Assembly (NCBI GenBank): GCA_002633005.1
Contig: NMRA01000209.1
Location: forward strand, 607,722 to 671,721
Direction: 5' to 3'
From: Phoronis australis
Lineage: Eukaryota; Animalia; Phoronida
DNA: 64,000 bases
Part shown: one piece after another, positions 51,001 to 64,000 of the stretch
How positions within the stretch are numbered: the stretch's first letter is position 1
Layout: each line of letters opens with the position of its first letter
Translations under genes and position numbers: made by a program
Notes under the pieces: model-generated
What the model was told of the DNA's origin: nothing
Database searches by the model: none
The model's input: the letters and a program-made list of their open reading frames with translations, nothing else

Positions 51001-54000
51001 GCGTGAGTGTTTCGCGAGTTAGCAATGCCCGGGAGCTTACTGGTGTATTAACAGCAAAATGACGGCCACTGGAGTGATTGGACGGTGGTGTTCTGAACTA
51101 AGGGATAGACTTCATGAATTATGAATAGAATTCATAATTTCTGTTCCGTAAACAAAGATTTTTTCTCGCAAGTACAAGCGTTAGGTCTACGAAACGCAGT
51201 CTGGGCCCGTAATTATCGAAGCATTCAAAAATTAATCAATCGCGTGGCACGTATTGTATCGAGCGACTTTCGCTATGCGATTGAAGTTGGTCAATAGGGA
51301 CGGAAAGTGATTACGTCAAACTCCAAACACCAATTACAAATTAGAGTCGAACAACATGGCGGTGACCTACTCACTTACCATAACATATTGATCCAAACCT
51401 GCAAAATTCGACAAAAGCAAATTCTTTTAAAAACTCTTAATCAGATTAACCACAACCACGTGTTTTCTAAAACACAGATAAAGTGTTGGTTTTCCAGTGG
51501 TAACGTTTGACCAAGAAAACGGTCAAGAGTTAGGATGGCCGTATCCCCTAGGCTTCCCCCAGTACGATATGTGGTGTCACACTTTTCGTCCCTATTTTCG
51601 AGTCCAGTGTGTAGTCTAAGTTTGATGGTCACTGACCCCGTTCGAGAGCCTACATGTAGAGATTCAATAGCTAATAGCCAACTTATCCAATGACGCAGGT
51701 TTTCCAACATGATCACGTTGATCTTCACCACTTTTTCCCTCAAAAGGTTGTCATGCGCAATAAACTGTGAAATAAGTGGAAACAGGGGCTTGTTCAGTAA
51801 TTCAAATAAACTCGATCGAAAGCTAGCAACTGAGATCACGTTTTGTGTTTGTAATACATGGCAATTTCGGTAAAACATTGAGCGTTCTTCAACATTGGTC
51901 TTATTTTTGTTTCATCGAAAATCTAATGAGCGCTTGTGAGACCATCTTTTACGCTTCTTACGCGTGGCGATATCTCCCGTGATCTCACTTCGCACGGAAG
52001 ACCCTAGCATCACAGAACACGGCAACGCAGGGCATTCGCGAGACATTTGTCGTGTGGAGCGGCAATAGTGAATTTATTCCCATACATGGTCATTCAAAGT
52101 CTCACTGTCCAATACCTTCGATAGCGAAAAGTTTGTTACAATATTTATGCCGATAAGGTCTTGAACTTACTCGCAAAACAATCGCTAAATTCTCGCGTGA
52201 AGTGTGGTCGTGTGGGATCTCATTAGTTCTGCACTAAAACTGGGAACTGAAAAACTCACCCAACGCTCAGTCGAACAAACCCCTGGTCTGTGCAAAATAA
52301 GTTTCGTGGTAGAAAACGGAATGGCGCAAGTTTTCTTGAGATTTCGCCACGCATTATAATTCAAACATTTCTGTATCCTCGAGTTTTCCCCTCCTACTGA
52401 AGCAAACGTTATCTGTACATGTGCCATTGTCAGTCATAGAGCCAATCATTTTCCAGTTTGGGAGTCACATGTATAGCCGTACGACTGTAGTCTGCACATA
52501 CACAGATAAGTTCACCCGGAGGGTAATTGGAAGCTACGAACATACCCGAGGTGTGCCGAAGTGCGAAGCTCGTGATCGCAATCATAGCTTCTCTGGTGAT
52601 TACCTTGGCCAGGCAACGGAACTCGGCCCAGGGTGGCGTTCTCTGGGTCATTTTTTTTTGAAAAACCAAGATCTCGCAAGACCTCGTAAGATGACGTGAA
52701 TGAAATTAAAGCCTTTAAGGGGTATGCTCGTATATGTATACCACTAGCCTATCCAAGCAAAATTGATCAGTGAGGTTGGAATGTTGACTGTGAGATTGAA
52801 TTTCATTGTTTTCGTAAGATGAGCGAAGAGATTTCGCAGCCAAGAGCAAGCGCATGCTTATGTTTTTGGGGTCTACGAAACGCATCCCAGGTCCCACCGA
52901 AACCAAACGCAATGGTCATTTTGCACTGTTTTACCCAAATCATGCCACGGGAATAATAGTGCTCTTCGCATGTTTCCCACTTGGCGAGAAAAATTGAACA
53001 CAGTCACCACGTCTCCACTTTGCGAAGTAACTTGGACATAATCACCACGCCGACTGCATGAGTTGCTTACTTATTCTCTCAGCCTGCGTTGTCTCACGTG
53101 GATTCACGTGAAGCCATGACGTCATCGAAAGCGTAAAACGAAACTAAGCATCGTTGTTCATCTCGCAGAGGAACATAACAGCGAAGAGCATGTTTTGAAT
53201 GTTTTACACTTTAATCAGCAAGTTATTTCCACTCTCGTTATTTTAGGCATTTTCAGTCCAAGTTATTGAAAAAGTGTAAAATGGCTATTCAGAAAAATGT
53301 TAAGTGTGCCTATAGTTATTGAAGACAATCACGTGACGAGGCAGATTACATAAATGGTCACGAGATACGAAATTTGAGACTTAGGCCTATGTGCTAAGTC
53401 TATGCAGTCGTAATAAGATTTAGACATATTTAAAATCAGTATTATCTGCGATGTGCACAACATTAAATCAATCATATGCCTTTCTTATTTCGAAATGTCT
53501 GCGTGCTTTCATTCACGTCTGATGTCAAGGTGTACGTGTGTTCGTCGAGAAACTTGTTCACAATTACCAGATTATATAGGCGTCGACCTTAATCAATTTC
53601 GCCAAGAACGTTACCCGTGATGGGAGGACAGTTACACACGCGTGTCAATTTACAGTACTGGAACTGAATATATAGTGCCGTGTTTCTTTGACCAAGCGCA
53701 ATAGCAAACATCCGACGTGGGATCACGAGAGCGGCTTCTGCAACGGCTGCTTGGTTTAATTTCAAACGATGGTGGTGACGAAGACGAAACGCACGTTCTT
53801 TCACATGCATGTACAGCAAACATTTTCCGTCGTTTGTTATTTTGTGTGAATTGTTGGAGCATTTCATCGCCCAGCCGTAATTTGACCGCCGGGAGATACC
53901 GAGTTATTTATAAAAAACGTTTGGAAATACGAAAAATTAAAATCTACATTCAATTCATATGTGAACGTAATGTGGCGCTGAAGTTTATCCACACAATACT

Positions 54001-54025
54001 CTTATCGCTATCAAGCAGCGTCACT

Positions 54026-54451
54026 TACCGGGAATTACCGTAGATAAGCCCATGGGCGTGTATTCGGAAATGAATATTTTCAGGCGTTTTAGCAACACCA
54101 AATAAATGCCCGGGGCGTGTAAACCAAAGCCATAGTTTTGCTTGACTTGACAATATTTTACTTAAAACTGCGTTTTTAATTTTTTGTTAAATAATGCGTA
54201 GTTTGCCAACGCCTTGTTTGTTTTTATAAATGATAAATCAGTGCTCCACAAAACTGGAATTGTGACAAAAAGTTGACGCTGGGGGGGCTTTTAAGAGGAA
54301 AATTTTGAAATAAACGTCCCACTGTCTGGACACTTGACACCGCAAGTTGTAACACCAAATAAACGCCCATGGGCGTGTATTTGGCATAATTTTCCGAATA
54401 AACGCCCATGGGCGTTTCATCGGGTGGGCTTATCTATGGAAAACCCTGGTA
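54026..54451. mobile_element. TA-flanked MITE (Tc1/mariner-pogo type, TACC...GGTA)
   Basis: TACCGGGAATTACCGTAGATAAGCCCA / TGGGCTTATCTATGGAAAACCCTGGTA; internal palindromic GCCCATGGGCG repeated three times. Confidence 0.75.
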
Positions 54452-57400
54452 TTTACCAAAAAAACTGGATATAATCCACTTAAATCGCTAAAGAAACTTC
54501 GTTGAATAGTCTTGCGAGTACTTGCGAAGAGCGTATCATTAACGCCATCATTTCAGACAAGAAAAACAATCTAGGCAAATAAAACTAGTTTTACAGGTTC
54601 AATCCTAATAATAATGTGAACGTAGTAAAAATATGTTTCTAAAATGTGCCCGTGACCCGTATTCTGAAATTCCCTGTAGCATTTATCAAAGTCATATGCG
54701 TCGTACATGAAAAAATGATGCGCAACGTGACTTATCTCAATAAAAATTGACTCGGGAGAAGAAAAATAAATTGAAAACATGGTTAGTATTAAAAGATCAT
54801 AGTAAATAACGCAACGGGCAGAAAGGTGCGCGTTCAAGAAGCCTTTGGCTCTTCACATGTCTCGTGCCTAAACAGAGGCAAAAGTGTCGTAAGTTTCCAT
54901 GTGAAATTTGAAGGAAACAAAAATTTGCTGGGATTCTGAGTTCCATGAAATTTCCGTGTTTACACGTATACTCTGACTACATTTATTCTGTCAACGAGCA
55001 GAAGTTGTCAATGTCACACATATGTATGACAAGGGAATTTTGCTGGAATTCATGTTTATATGGGTACACAGCAGATCAGTTAATCTAATTTCTATATTTT
55101 ACTGAAATTCCTATGATTTTGAAATAAAAATGCAGCAACTTAATTTCCTACTACACTGGATTGAAAAAGAGTAAAATAAAAAGCAGCAGGATACTCTTTA
55201 CGCTAATTTTAGTTAAAAATTCATAAAGTGAATTTGATGCAAGTTAGGTCAGTGGAAACCTAAACCCTGTAAGTGCTTATTTAACAGCTGCAAAATACTT
55301 TCAAAAACCTTAGCAAATTTGATATGATTTCTGTTGATTTTTTATTTTCACTCATGCATTATGGGTACTCACTCCACTGCTGCCATATGTAAAGAGATTT
55401 TCGCAAACGCAAAAACAGGGCTGAAAGTTACGAAATGTTCATAGTGTGTTCTAAATTGATAAACGTAGAGGAAAGAGTGTCTTTAAGTAGCAGTATATAA
55501 AATTTTCTCGCTGTAGGTCGCTGTGAAACAATACGTCTGAAAGCCCCATGGTTACATGGTTCTCGCCTAAGAAGTGGGAGTAAAAACAATGGCATTAAAC
55601 TGATGAGGAACCTTAATAAAACAGCCAGGAGCGCCCGTCCCGCCACAATAATAAGTTTTTATTTGTCAAAACGTGACTTGCGCTAATTTTCACGTGTGTG
55701 GATTTTACGAATATTTTCACATAATGAATGTTTTTAAATAACAAATGTTTTAAAAGAGTCGATGTTTCTTTAAAGTACAAGTTTATTTTTGGCAAAAATG
55801 CTAGGATTGTTTATTTTGTTTTTACGAAGTGCCAGACGTTCCATTGACGGTATTATGTTTGAGAAATGCGACTCTAATTGGGGCAAGCCAACTGCTTGTA
55901 GATCGATTTTTCATAAATGCTTGCTAAAGCAACCTTACTTAAAAATTGATAAAAAATATTAAGATTTATTTGATTTATCATGCCGTTTCTTACTGCAACC
56001 ACCCGATGTGTAATAGCGAGTAGGTTTATTCTGTGGCGGCCTGCGCATTAGTTATAAACATGCAAACATTTTTTTATTAAAAGAGAGCGGAACTAGACGT
56101 AACGGAAGACCAGACGACAGACAATCAAATCGGCGTAAGCATGCGAATTCCGGCGTTGTCAGTGTGAATGAAGGCAGATATTTCTCGAGTTTAATGAGTA
56201 CACCGCAGGTTTTTGCGATTTGTGTTCCCTCCAGATTAATATATTCAGACCAGGATAATAAGTGTTGTTAAACGTTGAAAGTATCAATTTTTAGTCAAAT
56301 TTTCTGAGGGAAGTTGAATACATGTACCATGCATTTAGTTGTGGTGACATCTGGCGACAATTCGTTGATTGATAACAGCGTGAATACATGAATGTCTGAT
56401 AGCCTGATGGTGATTTCAGTTTCGTAAGCTTGATTTATGAATTCTGTTAAACTATCTAAGCACTTGGTATAATTCAACTTTGTAGTGTTGAACGTAAAAT
56501 GCATTGGCGTCTATGTATATTTAAAATTCCCGACTAAGCCCAAAGACGGTCTGTGACTGTCACGTTCGATTTGCACGATTCAGTAGGATTCGCATTATTC
56601 GGAATTTGTCAGTAAACTTGTGTTTTCTTATTTTACTGCATTCACAAGTTGCTGATTAATCTAATGGTTCTTGTGTTCCTCAAATGATCAACTGTTACAG
56701 TGCTAAGAATTTCCTGATGACACCTCAGCTCACGCTATTTGTGTACAGCACCTATGTGGTCATATGTTAGACCTGACGAGGCTGAAAAAGGCTTGCTTCA
56801 CATCGCAATAGCTAGAATTAGTCGAGAAAACAATCTACTACATTTTCTGGAGATTCAAATAAAAGTTTGCCATCTGTAGCAGTGCGGAAGAAAGAAAACG
56901 ATCTGTACGAAGAACAATATATAAACCTCCCACAAAATTTCCCCTTATTCAGTTGGCGAAATAATGCCTTTTCTGGAAATACTGAAAAAAGCAAATATCT
57001 GAAATGCATGTACATAAAGCTTTACAAGGCCTTATCACATACATTTACCTGTATATGTGTGTGAATACGGTCACTGAATGCGCCGTGAAATACACTGTAC
57101 GCCATTGAATACGGGAAAGTAGAGCCCAACCGTACAGTGTATACAACGGTAGAGGCCGCATTTCAGGGTTAGAGTACAGGCTCCTGCGGTGGATGGTACA
57201 GGTAAATTCGCGTGTACGACGACAAATTTAATTGGGCTCGTTCATTTGAGCTACCTAAAGCATTAATTAACCCAAGGTTCCTGAAGAAGCAGTCTTAGCC
57301 TACTGCTCTAAAAACTAAACTTTCAGCAAAGATTTACCGATGAAATTTCCGACTCACGGTGATCGGGCGGCTATTTTTAGGCTACATTGAGGTCATAGTT

Positions 57401-59719
57401 TTAATCTGGGTCGTCATAATTGGTCAGTTGCCTACACGGCGCCCCCAACAAAAACTGGCACAAATCTAATTCAAATCAACAACGATGTGTTAATGAATGG
57501 ATAAGTTATACTTACACTGAGAACCCTAGATATTTACAGGAAATAGCGACCTAACATCGAGTACATGTATGCGTTCTTATTGACAGAATCGTCAGTTTGC
57601 TGCGTTCCTCGACTCTCCTTTACTGTTACTATAAAATCTCCTTTCCGTGATACAATCTTAACCTCATGTTCTGCGAATCATCACAGTTTCCACCGTTACT
57701 TCCCGGTGTTGCTGTGATCAACACTGGGAAATATTTGCATTACTGCTTTCATTTCACAAGTCAAGAGACAAAAATAGACTGAGAAAACTAAGAAATTCAT
57801 TGAAGCTAAAACAACACACTGCAGTGCGACCGTTCAGTTTACGTTACAATTTTCATGTTCACGGATGGATTGTTTCGAAACTCCGACGAACTTTTTATAA
57901 TATTGAATGGTTCGATGTTTTCACATGTACATTTCACATTCTGAAAATTCTTGTAAATATGTTATGAAATGAAACTATCAGTTATTCAATATCAAAGAAA
58001 ATCTTGTCATTCAACTGGCGCATGTACATGTAGGCCTGTCAAATATTACAGATTACAAACCAAAGCACGTGGCAACAGGATATCGCCGCTATGCAATCAA
58101 GTTCATAAATATGGGATAAACAGACTATCCTACATACGTACATGTACATGTAGTGCATGGATACTACTGCGATATCCTATCTTGAATCCATTTCATCTTG
58201 GAATTAAGACATCAAGACATGACATGGCTGTAGTATACCTATGCAAATGTGTTCTATATGCCACAGTATTTCTTTGGATGTAGGGGCCCCGGTCAGTCGA
58301 TATTTTCTTGTGTTTGCTCATAATTAGCCATGATCTGTGCTATGACAATTAATAAAATATTAACTGACTAAACCATTCGACGAAAGTATTGGATTAAATA
58401 ATAAAACAAAATGCCATGTGTTGCATAGATTACAATACAATGTAGATTGCATAGGATTGAAATGATGTGTTTCTTCAGAAAATTTAAAACTGAATTGTCT
58501 CTTATTCAAGTATACTAAGCCTTATTGGTGGTAATTTGTTTGGAACAGTACATGTATGCACTGACAAGTTCGAAGTTCTTGAATGCGTTGTGCATGACAG
58601 ACACCAGAAGTCATATCAGCAGAACTATACATTCGGTCTTTTATTGTACTTTTACAAAATTATTTGCATTTCAATCTAGTATGTAGTTGGGAATTAGCAA
58701 GCCAGGTATTTCCTATACTTTAGTGGCAGACATAATTATATCTTTGACAGAAAGTGAAATTACAAATGACCTAAATTCGAAAGATGATCTTTTTATTTAA
58801 ATTACTAATTCTTGAATTCTCATACGAAGTAACCAGTTATGTTTGAGATCAATGGAACAGGGGTTTGGAAATAGCAGTAGGCAATATGAATATTTTGGTA
58901 AGATGGGAAAGGCCTTTTTATGCCAAATTATTTGTCACTCCTTCTCAAAATTTTAGCCGTTTTTAACTTGCACTATAGACTATTCCTACATATTAAGAAA
59001 TATAGAAACGTGGTTGTTAGCTGAACTGCATCTGCAATAAATCAAAAGCAAGTCTTTGGCAAGTCATTTTGTTGCACGTGGACAAAGTACGATTTTCTAC
59101 TTAAGACAAAATATTTTGGAAGAAATGCGAGGTTTTGCGCCAAAACCAATTTAAAAAGATTCCTGTGGTTCTATCCACAAAAAAACATTTTGAACACGCC
59201 AGAATAATTCCAATGGCCTTGCCTTGAATGCTTGTGATGAGTATGCTAAGCTGCTGTCATGGCAACCCTTCCTTGGATTCGTGTTGTTGGAGAAACAATT
59301 GACAGGATTATTTCCTGTAGTTGCCATGGCAATAGTATTTTTGATTTTCTAAGTAGTGATACTGATTTTTAAATACTAAGCCCAGATTTTGGTTTCAGAT
59401 ACTTAAAACTGATCCAAATCTAGTGGCAAGTTTGAGTGCAACAGATGTCTTGGCATCCATTTTTGGATTTTCAAAAATGTCCTTGCGACCGATCACATAA
59501 CTGTAAACCGGGTAATTGGCTGATCATTTAACTAATTAGTCCAACATTTTGCGGAAAATATCAACTATTTTAAGGTATAATAGTAAGACAAAGCCATCAA
59601 ATCACTAATTACCGGCAACGGCACGGGAAATAACACAACAAGAGAGTGAGTTAATGAACGTTTAATTACGGAGGTGTGTTGGTAATGTCTTGGTTACGGC
59701 TTTGATACGCCGTAAAATA

Positions 59720-59880
59720 TAATTATTTCTTAAAATGTAAAAACCGCTACATTTTACGGCATTGTTACATTTTACGTTTCTTGGCCTCTCGTTAAATGTA
59801 ACAAATTGTTACATTTTATGTAATTTTTACAATTCACGCCAAGTGCACATCCGAGAAATATGTCATTATTACATTTTATG
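59720..59880. repeat. Array of TTACATTTTA / AAATGTAA motifs
   Basis: Several direct and inverted copies of TACATTTTA within 160 bp, typical of transposon subterminal repeats. Confidence 0.55.
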
Positions 59881-60049
59881 AAAGCGACGTCATATTTCAT
59901 GAGTTTGCAGGGTATTTGTTACAGGGAGAAAAACGCTTCACACACTAACGGCTTCCTTCGTGGATTGTTTGAAGGAAATTCTGCCAAATGTGCTAGATCA
60001 TATTTAATGATGTCCCTCTGGGCTTTCCATTTTTTAATGTAATCAGATA

Positions 60050-60570
60050 TCAACGCTGTTTTCTCCATAGATTTGCGCCTAATATAGCAGTTCATTGCGA
60101 AGAGAAATTCCAATGATCAAATTCTGGAATAGATTAGTCGCAATGGAGGACACCACAATTACTAATACGATTTTTCTTTGGGATTATACAGTAGGTTGCA
60201 ACAAAATAACTGGTCTCCAGAATTAGTACGCATTCTTTGTAGAGACCTGCAAGCTGGGAACATTTTTTTAATAAGTGCTCTTTTGATATACGCATAGCAT
60301 GCAATTTTTTGCAAAAGCAACTGGCTGACACTTGGTCCGACCAGATCCAAACAGCGCCCAAATTCAGAACGCTAAAAACGTTTAAAAATACTTTTGAAAG
60401 CAGAGCTATACATTAAGCTTCCGCATGACCGATCTTTACGATCATTTCTAGCTCAGTTTCGCTATGGAATTCATCATCTCACAGTAGAAACGGGACTCTT
60501 TATAGGTTCATCCTTGGAGTACATACTGTGTCACTCATGACAAGTTGAGGGTGAGTTTCATATCACTTAA
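60050..60570 (+). pseudogene. Decayed L2/Daphne-like LINE ORF2 C-terminal fragment
   Basis: HRFAPNIAV, MIKFWNRLVAME...IFLWDY, NNWSPELVRIL, PKFRTLKTFK, RSLRSFLAQFRYGIHHLTVETG, VEGEFH in the expected order. Confidence 0.82.
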
Positions 60571-61737
60571 AATGAAGATTCATTTATTCAATCATTTGTA
60601 CCCCGTACAGTTTCAATTCCAGATGAAATGAGTTTCCAGGATCGGGTAACAAGTTTATTATTGTTAATGTGTTCTTGCAATCTTTTGCTGGAGCTCACAG
60701 GTTAAACCAAACGTGTGTCCGGCATTACAGTAAACAAACTTCCCGCAGTAAGCAGAACAGAAACAATGAAATCGTATTTTGGCTAATATTTATCGTATTT
60801 CTCCGGGATCAAACGACCACAACAGATTTTTTCACGGAAAATCAAATTTCGGAAGCCACCGTGATAGAAAAATCACTCGCTTTAGTCCAGGATAGTTTGA
60901 TTTATTTCAGCCAACTTTACTGCCTTGAAGTCATCGCTAATGCAGTAATTCCCCTACTCCGCATAAAAGGAGCGAGATGAAAATTTCTGATACCCACAGC
61001 GAGCACACGCGTAAACATACATGGGGAGACAGCAAACTATATCAGAGAAATAAATACTGTATTTCATTGGGGTCCGTCCAAGAATTTCTTGTGGTTAAAA
61101 TATTCATTTCTCTACACCATTATAATCGATGATTTCCATTTTGGCAACTCCTAAATTTGGTTGATTTTTATCCTTCTTTTATAGATGTGTAGTTTCCTAA
61201 GATCAAGCATTAAATTACACATTTGAGACCTAACAGATTGTTCAAAATATATCTTTGGGCGTTACCTCTATCTGTTTTTGACAAATCCGTTCACTTATCT
61301 TCATTCAATTGAGAGACTGAACAATATTGCAAAAACCAGTACAGACGGAACAGGTTCGCTGACTCATTCTCGCAGAAAAATCAGTCATCAATTGGTAAAA
61401 TTCCAATCTTATCAAGATAAGTATTGGTACTAAATTTCCTGTGGGACCACATTAATTTGGTGTCCCAAAATCGCTGGGTCAATCGGTAGATTTTAAACGC
61501 GTGTCTTTATGTTTAGAACTCAAAAATCCGCAGAAGTTCAATTTCCCAAAATTTCTTCTGTCACGTCGTGAAAATTTTGAGGCCTTAAGTCCATGGTTCG
61601 CTTGAAGTAATTGTTGTTGAAGTGAGTAGGCGGATTTGCGTATCACAGGCAACGCAAGCATATTAGTTGTTGTTATCTACAAACGACGTATTGGCACTTA
61701 GCTAAGCATGTACTGTGTACTGTCGTTAAATAATTTC

Positions 61738-62205
61738 AATAATAATGATAATAATAGTAATAACATAATGATTATAATAGTAATAATTGTTTATAATGTT
61801 TATCACGAAACTTCTATACAATGAATCTACATGACCCAGAAAGCGCCAAGAGGCATTATATCTGGGTTAAAAAAGTACAAAGAAATCTATATACAATTAT
61901 TTTACACAAATACATAAATTAAAAAACTGTTGTTAAGATTACAATCACATATGATTACGAAAGTAAATAAATCATTTTCATACACATTTATACAATTCTA
62001 TCCGCTCACACAAAGAGATTTAATATTATAAAGGAATTTTCACACTACTTCGAATAAAACCTTATTTTCATTTGGGTTGAGTTCTTGACTTCCATATAGA
62101 AAAAAATGTACACTTGCGATATCTCAGAATATTTTTTATAAATATTGGGGTATTCTTCGAGTGTCTTGAAAAGCTGTACCCTCTGCTCCTTGCATACTTC
62201 ACAAG
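61738..62205 (-). mobile_element. 5'-truncated, diverged relative of the 1502-5243 LINE
   Basis: Remnant CEVCKEQRVQLFKTL...FLYGSQELNPNENKVLFEVV*KFLY aligns with CPLIESLRDSLFRAL...LLNGSPNLDFVLNEFLLSNVSKFLY. Same 3' stem-loop (61834-61867); degenerate (ATT)n tail at ~61738-61790. Confidence 0.85.
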
Positions 62206-64000
62206 TACCAGGTGGGTACGGGTACACAAAATACCAAAGGGGATAAAGTATAATACACAGTACCATACACGTGACTACCAACTGGGCGATACAATACTGA
62301 GAACAAACTGGCTGAGTGAGCAGACCTACTTTGTGTGGTAAAGTTTTTAACAATTTTCTGGCAGCCTGAGTGAGTAGTCATTACTGTCGCTATGTGGGTA
62401 CACATACATGTAGTCCAGGCAGGTATGAAAAAGGTTGTGTTGTGGCACACTTATTGCCACATGGACAAGGTTAATCGTGGACGATCAGCCCCGTCCACCC
62501 ACTCGATGAATGTGCCTAATAATATCCCTAATTTTTATAAGTATTAATACTGTAATTATTTTTTATAATTTATATAATTATCTTTAGCATCATCGCCATT
62601 ATTATGATACTCCTGTTTCTATTACTGTTATATAAACATCCTTCAGTAATATTCCAGGAAGTTATTTCCATTCTTGACGCCTAGACCGGAAACGATCATG
62701 TGCAGCGTATTACATAAATGAAAATGGAAGCAACAAAAGCTGGCTACTGTGTTCGGTTTCGCAGTATAAGTTTTCTAACTTTTGCATCAATATAAAAGTA
62801 ACTGCAACGTCTGATTCCAATCGTTGTCAGTACACACAAAGCGGTGTACACGTGATGGTTACAAAGAGTCTCGTTGGCAAGTCTGTTTATTTACATGTAG
62901 TCAAATATATACAGACGCTGTAATCCTCTGAGCTTTCGTTCCGTGTTACATCCCGGGTCAGGGAGAAATCTTTCCGACTTAACTATAGGTCACGTGGTGT
63001 GACCAACACTTGTCGTATATTCTCATAGAGTTCGATTAGTTTTACTTTTTACCAATCTGCCATTATAGTTGGCTCACGTGAACATGTCTCTTTAGTGAAA
63101 TTTATCAGGAAAATAAACGTACGTTGATGAGCTGACTAAGAATACTGCTCGAAATCCTTGGCCGGAACAATCAACATAAACTTTCGTCTCAGTGAATTCA
63201 ACAACGCTGCAGTCTGTCTCGAGTTGCTCCACCAAAATTGCTGCTCTTATGAAACACAGTTTGCTTTCTTTGCTTCAGGACCCTGGGTGCATATTCAGAT
63301 TTTAAACATGAAGAGCGTTGATGACGCTGGCCATCACAATGCCATTGACAACATGTTGGATTTTGTTTGAGTGAACTATCACTATCTTTTGTCGATGGTT
63401 TTGACTCTACCAGTGGCACGATATAGGGTTGAATGCACAAACGAACAAAAATGTAACCGTTTAAATGGTTACAGTTTACTCCGGCAGTAGAAACCTAAGG
63501 AAAATTCAATTCCATGCACACGTCACCGCCCGCTCAGTGACACGGCCGTTTCCCAGTCGGCGAAGAGCTGGATAGAAAGCACTCACTGCCATCATAGTCT
63601 ATGCTGTCATCATGGATAATGTCAACCAGTGCTGTTGGCTACAGGCCGGGACCTTGTAACCGCGAACCTGGGATGCACACTGTTATATTTCTATGCTGGT
63701 TTCGGACCAAAGATGAAGATCGATACGATTGTGACTAAGACATATATATTGAGAGTACATGAAACATCAACCGGAACAGGAAGTACATGTAGGTAACAGA
63801 GCATGCCTACTATACTAGGACACTGGTAGCGACATCTTTAGTTACTACTGACCATAACGTAACATCCCCCTTGTTGAAAGAAAAAAAAAACGATGAAACA
63901 CTATCCTAATTTTAAAACTATGACAACTTGTCCTAACTATAAGACAATGGGTGGACTATCATTGTCTGGACAGTCAAACGGGGATTATTCTGCCCCAACG

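Noticed and set aside
56772-56795. CTGACGAGGCTGAAA hammerhead-like core
   Set aside because: No stem II between the core halves and no convincing stems I/III.
63280-63745. Acceptor-like site followed by short ORFs near the window end
   Set aside because: All frames close quickly and no motif is recognisable; insufficient support.

Overview
AT-rich eukaryotic (probably invertebrate animal) genomic DNA, mostly intronic/intergenic and dominated by transposable elements. There is only one long intact ORF (1715-5071, minus strand, 1118 aa). It belongs to a ~3.74 kb CR1/L2-group non-LTR retrotransposon with an N-terminal 2A-like peptide (GDVEENPGP), APE endonuclease, RT (YADD) and a C-terminal CCHC finger. 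No ORF1 is present; the ORF is preceded by a ~170-nt highly self-complementary leader, and the element sits at the apex of a short palindrome with a GATATA target-site duplication. Also present: three decayed LINE fragments (one sharing the 3' stem-loop of the intact element), a decayed DD37D Tc1/mariner element, a Penelope-like RT fragment, two tRNA-headed SINE-like repeats, many MITEs/foldbacks and two (CAT)n tracts. Two N-flanked tandem duplications look like uncollapsed haplotypes. The octamer TACATGTA is strongly over-represented and appears three times as an in-frame +6 (His-Val) insertion in dead TE ORFs, consistent with Tc1/mariner excision footprints. A tentative three-exon host gene for a small secreted prepropeptide lies at 32503-37704 (+). 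All calls are by eye; no database searches were run.
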